From a virus (taxonomy: Duplodnaviria; Heunggongvirae; Uroviricota; Caudoviricetes), in IMG/VR virus record IMGVR_UViG_3300042401_002002: a DNA stretch of 64,000 nt. The stretch is one strand, 5' to 3'. The translations under genes were made by a program, and so were the position numbers. Position 1 is the first letter of the stretch. Every line of letters begins with the position of its first letter. This document shows, one piece after another, positions 1 through 9,318 of the stretch. The notes beneath the pieces were generated by a model, which saw only the letters and a list, made by a program, of their open reading frames with translations, was not told the DNA's origin and made no database searches.

Positions 1-96
1 AGATATTACTGGACTAGAAACAAAAGATGTTAAAATGAGTTTAACTAAATTTAAATCATTATACCAAGAAACTAAAAGAAATTTATTTGTTTAATT

Positions 97-501
97 ATGC
101 AAATTATAGACAATACTACCAATTACCATCAAGTTGGTGACTGTATAATGACAGGTACAACTACAATAACCGCATCTGCTTGTAATGTCGGTTATTGGAA
201 TGATAATTTTAATATAAACGATAATACAATCAAATTTATATATAACGGAAATAAAACATATACATCTACGACTTTTAAAACTTATTTTAACGAACAATTA
301 GTTAAAACTGAAATAAACGACGATTCTGTTGTTTTTATTTATAAAGCTGATGATGCTACTATTCTAACTAATACAGGTAGTTGTAAAATTTGCTTTAAAG
401 ATATTTACAAAGTAATAGATAATAAACTTGTAAAACAAGAAAGAATATTTGGTAAATTAGAACCTGCTAAAACTATTGAAGAAACTTATTTATTTGATTA
501 A
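97..501 (+). CDS. hypothetical protein
   Basis: 134-aa ORF, no recognisable motif. Confidence 0.6.
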   Translation: MQIIDNTTNYHQVGDCIMTGTTTITASACNVGYWNDNFNINDNTIKFIYNGNKTYTSTTFKTYFNEQLVKTEINDDSVVFIYKADDATILTNTGSCKICFKDIYKVIDNKLVKQERIFGKLEPAKTIEETYLFD

Positions 502-503
502 TC

Positions 504-695
504 ATGGAAAAATTTTGGAAAGTAACTTATTTAGATTATAGTGGTAATTTACAATGTTATATTGCTAAGGGATTTGATTTATTCAACCTTCAAAACAATT
601 TAAATTGTTTACCTAATTTCAACAACAACGGTTTGCTTAAAGTTGAAAGATTTATAGAAATGGAACCTCAAAATAAAAGTGAGTTTTTAATTTAA
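504..695 (+). CDS. small hypothetical protein
   Basis: 63-aa ORF starting 2 nt after the upstream stop. Confidence 0.6.
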   Translation: MEKFWKVTYLDYSGNLQCYIAKGFDLFNLQNNLNCLPNFNNNGLLKVERFIEMEPQNKSEFLI

Positions 696-717
696 AAAAA
701 TAAATTTGTTACTTTAC

Positions 718-748
718 TTGCAAATTCAAAAAGTAATTAGTAGGTTTG
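718..748 (+). promoter_or_regulatory. Bacteroidota-type primary sigma promoter for tRNA-Ser
   Basis: TTG at 718-720, 20-nt spacer, TAGGTTTG (TAnnTTTG) at 741-748. Confidence 0.75.
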
Positions 749-763
749 TTTTATAATTAACAT

Positions 764-850
764 AGAGAGTTGGGTGAGAGGTTTAAACCAGGGCATTGCT
801 AACGCTCCGACCCCTAAAAAGGTCCACAGGTTCAAATCCTGTACTCTCTG
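764..850 (+). tRNA. tRNA-Ser(GCT)
   Basis: Acceptor AGAGAGT/ACTCTCT, discriminator G, anticodon loop TT-GCT-AA, long variable arm, T-arm ACAGG-TTCAAAT-CCTGT; no encoded CCA. Confidence 0.93.
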
Positions 851-938
851 CTTGGCACAGTACAACTAACTGTAAAGATTCTTATAAACTGGTAAGTTTA
901 AGAGCAGCTAAACCAATTAAAATATAAAGAGTAATAAC

Positions 939-1178
939 ATGAATGAAAACAGTATAATTATATTAAAAATAATATTTTGTGTTTGGTGTGGTTTAGGTTT
1001 CATATCTTTCACATACTGGTTAGAAAAAGGTTGGAGAAATAGAGACAATATAACATTCAACTATTCACTTTATTTATTTTTGTTAGTACTTAATATAATG
1101 TTTGGAGCTTTCTCATTCTTTATGACAACTTTTGAAATATCTGCTGAACCATCAATTAAAAAAGACAATGATAACTGA
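939..1178 (+). CDS. small membrane protein
   Basis: 79 aa, two hydrophobic segments. Confidence 0.65.
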   Translation: MNENSIIILKIIFCVWCGLGFISFTYWLEKGWRNRDNITFNYSLYLFLLVLNIMFGAFSFFMTTFEISAEPSIKKDNDN

Positions 1179-1353
1179 AACAGAAGAATTAGAATTCTTA
1201 CAAAAGAAAATGTTTGACGCTATAACTTATCAAGGATATTTTGGTAAAACAGGTAGTGAATAACAAATTAAAAGACAAGCTGATAATTGTGCGAAATTAT
1301 CTATACAATTTACTAACAAAAAGATTCAAAATTTAAAAGATTTAACTATTTAA
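1168..1353 (+). pseudogene. small ORF interrupted by in-frame TAA
   Basis: MITETEELEF...GKTGSE, TAA at 1261-1263, then same-frame QIKRQADNCAK...KDLTI*; start overlaps upstream gene end. Confidence 0.55.
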
Positions 1354-1436
1354 AAGAAAGACTTATTATGAAAAACACTGATTTTGTTGCTTGGAATAAA
1401 GATATTATTGCTATCTAAAAAATAATTAAATAAAAG

Positions 1437-1467
1437 TTTGTTTATTAAAATATTAATAGTACATTTG
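1437..1467 (+). promoter_or_regulatory. Bacteroidota-type promoter for tRNA-like element and ssb
   Basis: TTTG-N19-TACATTTG. Confidence 0.75.
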
Positions 1468-1479
1468 TAAAACAAAAAA

Positions 1480-1571
1480 GCTCATGTCGTATAACGGTAA
1501 TACGAACTACCTATAGGTTTCCCTGAGTGGTCGTAGGTTGGTTTATACTAGTTCGATTCTAGTCAAGAGTT
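1480..1571 (+). tRNA. tRNA-like element with enlarged anticodon arm, anticodon undetermined
   Basis: Acceptor GCTCATG/CAAGAGT (one mismatch), D-arm GTAT-AACGGTA-ATAC, T-arm ACTAG-TTCGATT-CTAGT; about 20 extra nt between D- and T-arms. Confidence 0.65.
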
Positions 1572-1647
1572 CTAAATGTTACCTAGTAACATAAAAGATA
1601 ATCATCGTTAAAACTAAAATAAATGTTAATTTAAAACAATTGTAATC

Positions 1648-2544
1648 ATGGGATTTGCAACTAACAACACGGGTTCATCGAAACCAACAACGTATCTTAA
1701 AATTAAAACGTTAAGAAAAGTACAAACAGACAAAGATTCACCGATTATCGGTAAATGCTTCACAAACTCTACTACAGGTGAAGACATGGTATCTGCAAAA
1801 GGATATCCAGCACCATTCTACGGTTATTTAACCAACATCCAACCAAACTTAAGTAATGTTATTAAAGGTAAAGGTGGTCAAGCAGACAAACCAGTACCAA
1901 TGATTAACTTTTGGTTCAAAGATGATTCAGATGAAAATTTCTGTTTATCATTAAACTGGACATCTGATGGTGGTAAAATTAACTTAATTGTTAATAACTT
2001 ATTAAACAGTTTAGCTGGTATTGAAAATTTTGGTTTACTTAAGTTAAGTATCTTTAGCACCACAAATACTAAAGACGATAAAACTTATACCAATTTCAAC
2101 ATTTCTGTTAAAAACGCAGAAAACTGGGTGGCTGGTTCAAACAATTATGATGTGTTCAAAAAGAACGAAGATGGTAGTGACCCAACTAAAGCTTCTTGGA
2201 AATATGATTTCAAAGATATTCCTGCTGTAGAAATCGAAGAAGAGATTAAAGGTAAACTTAGAAAAGTTGACAACTCTGAAGAACATCAACAATTCTTCCT
2301 TGATATCGTTGAAGCTGTTGTACCTAAAATCAAAGCTACTAAATATGATGTGATTTCAGGCATTTCTACTGCTTCAAATACTCAAAATGGTAGTCAAGGT
2401 CAATCTCAACAATCAAACGCTTCTAGCACACCTAAAAACGCTCCAAAAACATCAGCTAAGTCTGACGAAGAATGGGAGAAAGAAAATGGTCTTAAAGGTA
2501 TCGACCTTAACGCTAAAGTTTCTGAAGACGACCTTCCCTTCTAG
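1648..2544 (+). CDS. ssb: single-stranded DNA-binding protein (phage-type)
   Basis: Q/S/N-rich linker then acidic tail ending SEDDLPF; directly upstream of RecA. Confidence 0.75.
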   Translation: MGFATNNTGSSKPTTYLKIKTLRKVQTDKDSPIIGKCFTNSTTGEDMVSAKGYPAPFYGYLTNIQPNLSNVIKGKGGQADKPVPMINFWFKDDSDENFCLSLNWTSDGGKINLIVNNLLNSLAGIENFGLLKLSIFSTTNTKDDKTYTNFNISVKNAENWVAGSNNYDVFKKNEDGSDPTKASWKYDFKDIPAVEIEEEIKGKLRKVDNSEEHQQFFLDIVEAVVPKIKATKYDVISGISTASNTQNGSQGQSQQSNASSTPKNAPKTSAKSDEEWEKENGLKGIDLNAKVSEDDLPF

Positions 2545-2558
2545 AATAAAATAAACAT

Positions 2559-2611
2559 AAGTATATAACCTTGTTGTAACGATGATGCAAGGTTGTATGC
2601 TTATTTTTTTT
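2559..2611 (+). terminator. intrinsic terminator after ssb
   Basis: AAGTATATAACCTTG...CAAGGTTGTATGCTT stem followed by T-run. Confidence 0.65.
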
Positions 2612-2811
2612 GTTTTTGTGTAGATAATAATTTTATTCTAATTGTAAAAAATAAATTATTAAGTTTGTTTTGTTTTTATCAAAACTTTTACTACATTGCA
2701 ATATCAAAAAAATAATTCTTTGTTTTTAATGAATAACAACTTTTATAGATTATAGTTTTATAACAAAGAATATAGATTTTAAACTCAAAATATTTTAATA
2801 TTAATTTTCAG

Positions 2812-3951
2812 ATGGCTAAGACCAAATCAGAAACAGCACCAGAAGTTGTTGTCAACACAGAAGAAACTACAGTACCTGCTAGAGGTAAAAAAATCGAAAA
2901 AAAGTCATTTAGTTTAAGTGATTTTAAAGCTAAAAATAATTTAAATGATGAAGTTAAAGATAAACCTTTAGATTTTATTAGAGTATCGCAAGCATTTGAA
3001 GAATCAACTGGTCTAGGTATCGCTGTTGGTTATTTTTCAATTGTTGCTGGGCATTCGAGCGTTGGTAAAAGCACACTAGTAATGGAAGCTATTGTTGGTG
3101 CACAAAAAAAGGGTATATTACCTGTAATTATAGACCTTGAAAATAACTTTTCATTTGAAAGAGCGAAATTAATGGGTATGGAATTTGATGAAATAGTTGA
3201 TGAAAGTACAGGTGAAATTGTAGGTTATGATGGTTTTTTCCTTTATATTAATTCACAATATATTTTAGATAACTACGATAAAAAAAGAAACCCTAAATTA
3301 AAGGAACCAACAATTGAAGGTTTAGCTGCTTGTATGAATCATTTATTAGATGAACAAGAAGATGGTAACTTGGATTACTCTTTATTTTTTGCATTAGATT
3401 CAATAGGTGTATTAGCTGATGAAAAAAGTGCATTAGGTTCTAGGAATAATCAATTTGCTGCTGGAGCTTATTCAACACATTTTCAATCATTATTAAACTA
3501 TAGAATACCTGCGTCTAGAAAACTCAATAGAAAACACACTAATACAGTTTTAGCTGTTAACAAGATTTGGTTGGATAACTTAAATGGAGGAGGAATTAAA
3601 ATGAAAGGTGGTGACTCGTTATTCTATGCTTGCCGTGCAATTTTTTTACTAGGAAATCAAATTACACATGGTACTAAAAAACTTTATGCAGAGTGCACTT
3701 ATCAAGGTCAAAAATATAGTTATCAATATGGAATTGAAGTTAAAGTCAAATGTATAAAGAACCACATTACCGGTGTGTCCGTCGAAAATCGTATCATATC
3801 ATCAGTACACGGTTTCATATCAGTTAACGATGTTGACAAATATAAAAAAGATAATAAAATATTCTTATTATCAAAACTAGGTATACCTGAAAATGCTGAT
3901 GTTGATTTAAAAACAACAGAGATTGAATCAGATAATGTAGAACTAGAATAA
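2812..3951 (+). CDS. recA: RecA/UvsX-like recombinase
   Basis: Walker A GHSSVGKST, IIDLE, Walker B FFALDSIG, C-terminal IKNH motif. Confidence 0.9.
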   Translation: MAKTKSETAPEVVVNTEETTVPARGKKIEKKSFSLSDFKAKNNLNDEVKDKPLDFIRVSQAFEESTGLGIAVGYFSIVAGHSSVGKSTLVMEAIVGAQKKGILPVIIDLENNFSFERAKLMGMEFDEIVDESTGEIVGYDGFFLYINSQYILDNYDKKRNPKLKEPTIEGLAACMNHLLDEQEDGNLDYSLFFALDSIGVLADEKSALGSRNNQFAAGAYSTHFQSLLNYRIPASRKLNRKHTNTVLAVNKIWLDNLNGGGIKMKGGDSLFYACRAIFLLGNQITHGTKKLYAECTYQGQKYSYQYGIEVKVKCIKNHITGVSVENRIISSVHGFISVNDVDKYKKDNKIFLLSKLGIPENADVDLKTTEIESDNVELE

Positions 3952-4045
3952 ACACTAAAACCCAATAGAAATATTGGGTTTTTTTATAATAAAAATAATA
4001 GACAAGATACATAAAATAAAAATTTAACTATTTAAAATAAAACTT

Positions 4046-5266
4046 ATGAATTATAAAATATACGCTTTAACTACACCTACTCAATCTATTAGATACATTG
4101 GTTACACTAAACACACTTTAAATAGAAGATTTAATGGACATAAACAAGAATCTAAAAGAAAAAACCCTGACGGGTCTTATTATAATACAAAACATAAAGA
4201 TAAATGGTTTAGAAAAAACTACGATGAAATTTCAATAATATTAATTGAAGAAAATATCACAAGTTATGAAAAAGCTTTAGAACGTGAAAAATATTGGATT
4301 AAATATTATAGAGATAATGGCTATAACTTAGTCAATAGTACAGATGGTGGTGACGGCACAGTTGGTTATAAATTAACCGAAGAACACAAACAACATTTAA
4401 GTAATATTAATAAAGGTAAAACTTTAACAGAAGAACATAAACAAAAAATTTCAAATTCTCATAAAAAATTAAATAAAAAAATGCCAGAAGAACACAAAGA
4501 ATTATTATCTAAAATAACTAACACACCTGAAGCTAGAAATAAAATTAAAATATCTAGGTATAGAATTTTCCTAGAAAGAAACGGTGTAAATTTTGAAAAT
4601 AATGATAATGATATTATTGAAAAATATAACAAATTAAAATCTGACATCGAAAATACAAAACTTCAAAAACAAAATGAAATAAATGAACTAAAGAGTAAAA
4701 TTAAACAAATTAAAGACGAAGAAAATATTAAAAAACAAATTCTAAAAGATAATTTAAATAACAAAAGAAAACAAGAGAAAATAGAAAGAGAAGCGAATAA
4801 AATAAAGTCTTATGAAGAGTTAGTTAGTCAAGGTTTAATGTATAAATTTATAGATAAAAATGGTAAAATAATATACAAACATATAGTTTCAGAAGAATCA
4901 AAACAAAAAATGTCAGAATCACACAAAGGTAAAATTATTTCAGAAGAAACTAAATTAAAAATGTCTGAATCAATAAAAGAATATTATGTGAATAATCCTA
5001 AAAAACCTTTGACTGAAGAACAGAAACAAAACTTAAGGGAAAAGAATTTAGGTAAAAAACAAAGTAAAGAAACAATCGAAAAACGTGCTATCAAAAATAG
5101 AGGTGAAAATAGTGGTAGTGCTAAAGTAACTGAAAAAGATGTTATTGAAATGCGTAGATTGATTGAAACAAATGAATTAACTAGAAAACAGGTTACTGAA
5201 AAATACAACTTAGATTATACTACAGTATGTAAAATATACCAACGAAAACTTTGGAGTCACATTTAA
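4046..5266 (+). CDS. free-standing GIY-YIG homing endonuclease with NUMOD3 repeats
   Basis: KIY...YIGYT motif, GYNLVNSTDGGDG, repeats such as EESKQKMSESHKGK, C-terminal HTH; ACTATTTA at 4027-4034. Confidence 0.88.
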   Translation: MNYKIYALTTPTQSIRYIGYTKHTLNRRFNGHKQESKRKNPDGSYYNTKHKDKWFRKNYDEISIILIEENITSYEKALEREKYWIKYYRDNGYNLVNSTDGGDGTVGYKLTEEHKQHLSNINKGKTLTEEHKQKISNSHKKLNKKMPEEHKELLSKITNTPEARNKIKISRYRIFLERNGVNFENNDNDIIEKYNKLKSDIENTKLQKQNEINELKSKIKQIKDEENIKKQILKDNLNNKRKQEKIEREANKIKSYEELVSQGLMYKFIDKNGKIIYKHIVSEESKQKMSESHKGKIISEETKLKMSESIKEYYVNNPKKPLTEEQKQNLREKNLGKKQSKETIEKRAIKNRGENSGSAKVTEKDVIEMRRLIETNELTRKQVTEKYNLDYTTVCKIYQRKLWSHI

Positions 5267-5301
5267 ATAAACTAACAACACAAAGTATTAAACAAAACAA
5301 T

Positions 5302-6588
5302 ATGAACCCAACTGAAACTTTTATATCAAAAGCAAGGAAAAAACACGGTGATAAATATGATTATTCAGAAGTTAACTTTATAAAAAACACTATCCCTGTA
5401 ACAATAATATGTAGAACACATGGACCTTTTCAACAAACACCAGCAACACACTTAAAAGGTTCTGGTTGTCAGAAATGTTCTAAAACAGCTAAATTAACAA
5501 CTGAAGAATTTATTGAAAAAGCAAAAGATATACATGGTGATAGATATGATTATTCTGAAACAATATATATTTCAAATATTTTACCTGTAAAAATTAAATG
5601 TCATAAACATGGGTATTTTGAGCAAAGACCCAATTCACATTTATCATCAAAAGATGGTTCAAAAGGTAATTGTCCACTTTGCGCTAAAAAAATATTAACA
5701 AAAGATGAATTTATTCAAAAAGCAAGAGAAGTTCATAGTGATAAATATATTTATGATGATGTTGTATATGTTAATGAAAGTAAAAATATCACAATTAAAT
5801 GTAAAATACATGGTCCATTTGAACAAACACCAAAATCACATTTAAAGGGTAATGGATGTTCAAGTTGTTCTGGTTTAAAACAATTAACAACTGAAGAATT
5901 TATAGAAAGAGCTAAAAAAGTTCATGGTGATAGATATAATTATTCGGAAAGTGAATATATTAATTCCAACACTAAAATAAAAATTATATGCAAAGAACAT
6001 GGTCCATTTTACCAGACACACACTATACATTGCAGTGGTAATGGATGTAGTAAATGTTCAGGTATGCATAATAAAACAACTGAAGAGTTTGTAAAAGAAC
6101 TTGAAAAAATATATGGTGATAAATATGATTACAAAGATGTTAAATATATTAACAATAGGGTAAAAGTTTTATTACACTGTCCTACACATGGAGAGTTTTT
6201 AAAAACACCTAAAGAATTACTTAAAAACACCGGTTGTCCAAAATGTAGATGTTCCAAAGGTGAACACAAAGTTGATAGTGTATTAAGTGAAGCAGGTTTT
6301 GAATTTGAAACAGAAAAAACTTTTGAAGGGTGTTTTTATAAAACTAAATTACGATTTGATTTTTATTTACCTTACCAAAATTTATGTATTGAATTTGATG
6401 GTAAACAACACTATGAACCTGTTAAAATATTTGGTGGTAAGGATGCTTTTGAAGAGTTACAAAAACGTGATAAAATTAAAGAACAGTATTGTAAAGATAA
6501 TGGAATTGATTTAATACGTATTCGTTATGATGAAGATATAATTCAGAAAATCGAAGAATTTTTCACACCCACAGGACCTGTATATTAA
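5302..6588 (+). CDS. homing-type endonuclease: five Cys/His zinc-ribbon repeats plus C-terminal PD-(D/E)XK (Vsr/DUF559-like) domain
   Basis: Repeats FIEKAKxxHGDRYDY...CxxHG.F.Q.P..HL.G.GCxxC; RFDFYLP...IEFDGKQH. ORF track starts at 5251; 5302 is the more plausible start. Confidence 0.85.
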   Translation: MNPTETFISKARKKHGDKYDYSEVNFIKNTIPVTIICRTHGPFQQTPATHLKGSGCQKCSKTAKLTTEEFIEKAKDIHGDRYDYSETIYISNILPVKIKCHKHGYFEQRPNSHLSSKDGSKGNCPLCAKKILTKDEFIQKAREVHSDKYIYDDVVYVNESKNITIKCKIHGPFEQTPKSHLKGNGCSSCSGLKQLTTEEFIERAKKVHGDRYNYSESEYINSNTKIKIICKEHGPFYQTHTIHCSGNGCSKCSGMHNKTTEEFVKELEKIYGDKYDYKDVKYINNRVKVLLHCPTHGEFLKTPKELLKNTGCPKCRCSKGEHKVDSVLSEAGFEFETEKTFEGCFYKTKLRFDFYLPYQNLCIEFDGKQHYEPVKIFGGKDAFEELQKRDKIKEQYCKDNGIDLIRIRYDEDIIQKIEEFFTPTGPVY

Positions 6589-7131
6589 ATTCCTAAACTA
6601 ACCCAGTTATCTTCTTTAATTAGAAGATAACTTTCAACCCACATTTCCTTCTTCAACCAACTTTCCACCAACATACCTTTTTCTATCGTGGTAAAGAACA
6701 ATATCTTCAACCACTGTTTCCCCTTCGGCTCCTTCTGATTCTTCGTTAGCACCTTCTCTATTACTTCTAGAACTAGTATTATCCAAAGCGACATCAATAC
6801 CTTCAAACGGACTAGCTTGAAGTATATCTTCAACAACATCTACTTCTATTTCATGCAACATACCAATTAGGTCAAAACTTCCTTTATTATCAGCATCATT
6901 AGAAAAAGGTATTGCTGATAACTTACTTTTGGAACCTACTTGTGTATCATGTAATTCTTTAATCATTTCTTTCATGTGCTGAATTTCAACTTTAAGCATT
7001 TGAAGTTCAGTTTGCATGTTTAATACATAAATAACACCAGCTAGGACAACACCACCAATAAAGATAAAATTCTTTAATTCTGATTGAGTAATAAAACCTT
7101 TATTTTCATTATTGTTATTAGAAGCTGCCAT
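6585..7131 (-). CDS. membrane-anchored coiled-coil protein, probably frameshifted near its 3' end
   Basis: N-terminal TM (FIFIGGVVLAGVIYVL) plus coiled coil; ORF stops at 6634, but removing one G gives GNVVESYLLIKEDNWVSLGI* ending at 6585. Confidence 0.55.
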
Positions 7132-7319
7132 GCTATGTATTTTTATTTCTTTTAAATATAGAAATATATGATTTTTATTAGCTAATTAACAAAAAATAGT
7201 AAAATTTATTTTATATAAAACAAAAAAATAACCCAACATAAATAAATGTGTTGGGTTATTTTAATAAACAACATTACGTTACATTGTTAAACAAGAGGCT
7301 TTACGTAATCTAAACTATA

Positions 7320-7895
7320 TTAAGCGTAATAACCAAATAATTTAAGTTGGATTAAATATTCAGTTGCGTTATCAACATCAAGTTTTCCGTCAAGTTCAGC
7401 TTTTTCAACTACTTCATTTTTAAGTGGAATATAAGAAATTTCAATCTCTTTACTCATTAAATCATTATTTTCTGTAACATACTCCTCAAATCTCGATGGT
7501 TCAACTGGATATGGAATAAATAATGGTTTAACATTGAAAATTTCAAAAGATTTTTTATCATCTTCAGTATAATTTTCTTCAATTTCTTTTACAGCTTCTT
7601 CAGAAAACTCAATTTCTTTTTCATCTTTAAAGAAAGGTCTAATTGTCTGACCATTATCAACTGATATATAAAGAAATTGTTTATAGGTTGTATTACCTTG
7701 TTGGTCTGTACCATTTTCAATAGAAAAGGAATCAACTAATAGTTTATTTTCTTTACCAAGTTTATCGGTTTCTAATTGAAGTGTTACTAAGTTATTTGCA
7801 ACAAAAGATGGAAATAATTTAGCATCTTTAATTTTTTCAAAAAGTGATTTAGCTTCGTAAATCTGTTTGGTTTTTAACTTTAAAGTTGTTGACAT
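7320..7895 (-). CDS. hypothetical protein (possible tail-associated chaperone)
   Basis: 191 aa, late motif upstream, at end of tail-fibre cluster. Confidence 0.5.
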   Translation of the reverse strand: MSTTLKLKTKQIYEAKSLFEKIKDAKLFPSFVANNLVTLQLETDKLGKENKLLVDSFSIENGTDQQGNTTYKQFLYISVDNGQTIRPFFKDEKEIEFSEEAVKEIEENYTEDDKKSFEIFNVKPLFIPYPVEPSRFEEYVTENNDLMSKEIEISYIPLKNEVVEKAELDGKLDVDNATEYLIQLKLFGYYA

Positions 7896-8075
7896 ATTAT
7901 AAAAATTAGGTTTATTTTATTATAAATAGTTTTATCTTTTAAAACTTAAGATTTATAAATATATAAAATTACTTTGTAAAAAACAAATAAATACTCATTT
8001 ATTTTTGATAGTAACATAAAAATTGCACAATAACATAATCAAAGTTATTGTGCAAAAATCATGTTAGTATAATAT

Positions 8076-8597
8076 TTAATCAACCAAAGGTAAATCTATT
8101 TTAATTATTTCATAGTTATTTTCAATATAATCACCAGCTCTAAATGAATTTTCAGCATCACCAAAACAAGTAAGCATTAATTCAAAACAAAACCATTTGT
8201 CTGGATTATTGATATTCGACAATGATTTACTTAATCTTGACTCAGCACCAAATAATTTATTTGACAACAAAAATAATGCGTAACTATACCAAACTGATAG
8301 TTGATATTTTTTACCTTTTTGTGATATTAAGAAATTATAATCACCTGATGTTTTTGGTATAAATGACCAAACTTCTCTTTTAGGTTCTTTCTCTTTCCAA
8401 GTTTTATAATCAGTCTCAATCACGCCATGTCCAACAGCCTCAATAACTACTTTTTTACCATCAGGATATTCTACAAGAATAGCTCCGTGATTAAAGTAAG
8501 TTCCCAACACTTCTCTTTGTAAAGCTGAAGCGTAAAACAAAGGTCTTTTCCATTCAAATGGATTATGTATAAGTAACGGAGTTAGTTTTATTTCCAT
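8076..8597 (-). CDS. permuted papain-like (YaeF/YiiX, C92-type) amidase/peptidase
   Basis: His motif FNHGAIL precedes Cys motif KWFCFEL; VIEA...GV signature; GKKY motif. Confidence 0.72.
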   Translation of the reverse strand: MEIKLTPLLIHNPFEWKRPLFYASALQREVLGTYFNHGAILVEYPDGKKVVIEAVGHGVIETDYKTWKEKEPKREVWSFIPKTSGDYNFLISQKGKKYQLSVWYSYALFLLSNKLFGAESRLSKSLSNINNPDKWFCFELMLTCFGDAENSFRAGDYIENNYEIIKIDLPLVD

Positions 8598-8780
8598 TTT
8601 ATCTAATTTTAGATAATCGTAATGTTAGTTTTTTATTTAAATAGTTTGTAAGTTAAATAACTTAATCAAAATATTCAATATACGTTTTATAATTATTTTA
8701 TTACTATTAATAAGTTAAATTATACGTTTCATTTTTATAACAATCAATTACATAAAGTAACTTATTAAAATTTATTATAA

Positions 8781-9299
8781 CTAAGAAACTCTTTTATTTA
8801 ATTTACCTTTAATATCTGTTGTTAACATAGATTCAATACTCAAACCTATTGCTGAATATCTTATAGCATTAAAATAACTAACATATTCAGATTTCAATGT
8901 ATAAACCTTAGTTTGTGCATCATAATTATAAGCTGTTAAATCAGTCAAATCGGTAACAACACCTGTTAAAGTACTAACAACAACCGAATCATCAGTTATT
9001 AATTTATCTAAATTTTTAAATATTGAATTATCAATATTATTTGGTTGAACTTTATTCCATAAATTATTTATCATTGATAATTCATAGTGTGTTGTTGTAG
9101 TTTTTAGTGTTTTATTTAAGAAGGAAATATCTAACTCTTCTACAACAACCAAATATTGCGCACCATTATTTAGTATAGCTAAAACACATGGTACATTATA
9201 TGTTGAACCTGTAGTTGAACCTGTGTATATACCTCCATTTGGGTCATTATCGTTAATTAACCTACCTGATAATATTGTTTTTATTGAATTCATATTCAT
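8781..9299 (-). CDS. tail-fibre accessory protein (putative)
   Basis: Directly downstream of tail fibre 1, same arrangement as the ORF after tail fibre 2. Confidence 0.45.
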   Translation of the reverse strand: MNMNSIKTILSGRLINDNDPNGGIYTGSTTGSTYNVPCVLAILNNGAQYLVVVEELDISFLNKTLKTTTTHYELSMINNLWNKVQPNNIDNSIFKNLDKLITDDSVVVSTLTGVVTDLTDLTAYNYDAQTKVYTLKSEYVSYFNAIRYSAIGLSIESMLTTDIKGKLNKRVS

Positions 9300-9318
9300 G
9301 TTTTTATTTTTAAAAGTT

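Noticed and set aside
1510-1516. Amber suppressor tRNA (CTA) reading of the tRNA-like element
   Set aside because: Needs A32/C33/T37 and leaves an unpaired 26-nt variable region, and TAG behaves as a stop. Kept only as an alternative in the finding.
1575-1592. ATGTTAC-CTA-GTAACAT hairpin upstream of ssb as a gp32-like autoregulatory element
   Set aside because: Short AT-rich stem with no visible pseudoknot partner, so not supportable.
2812-6588. Intron or intein in recA linked to the downstream endonucleases
   Set aside because: RecA is continuous and of normal size. The endonucleases follow a terminator hairpin and have their own late motif, so they are free-standing.
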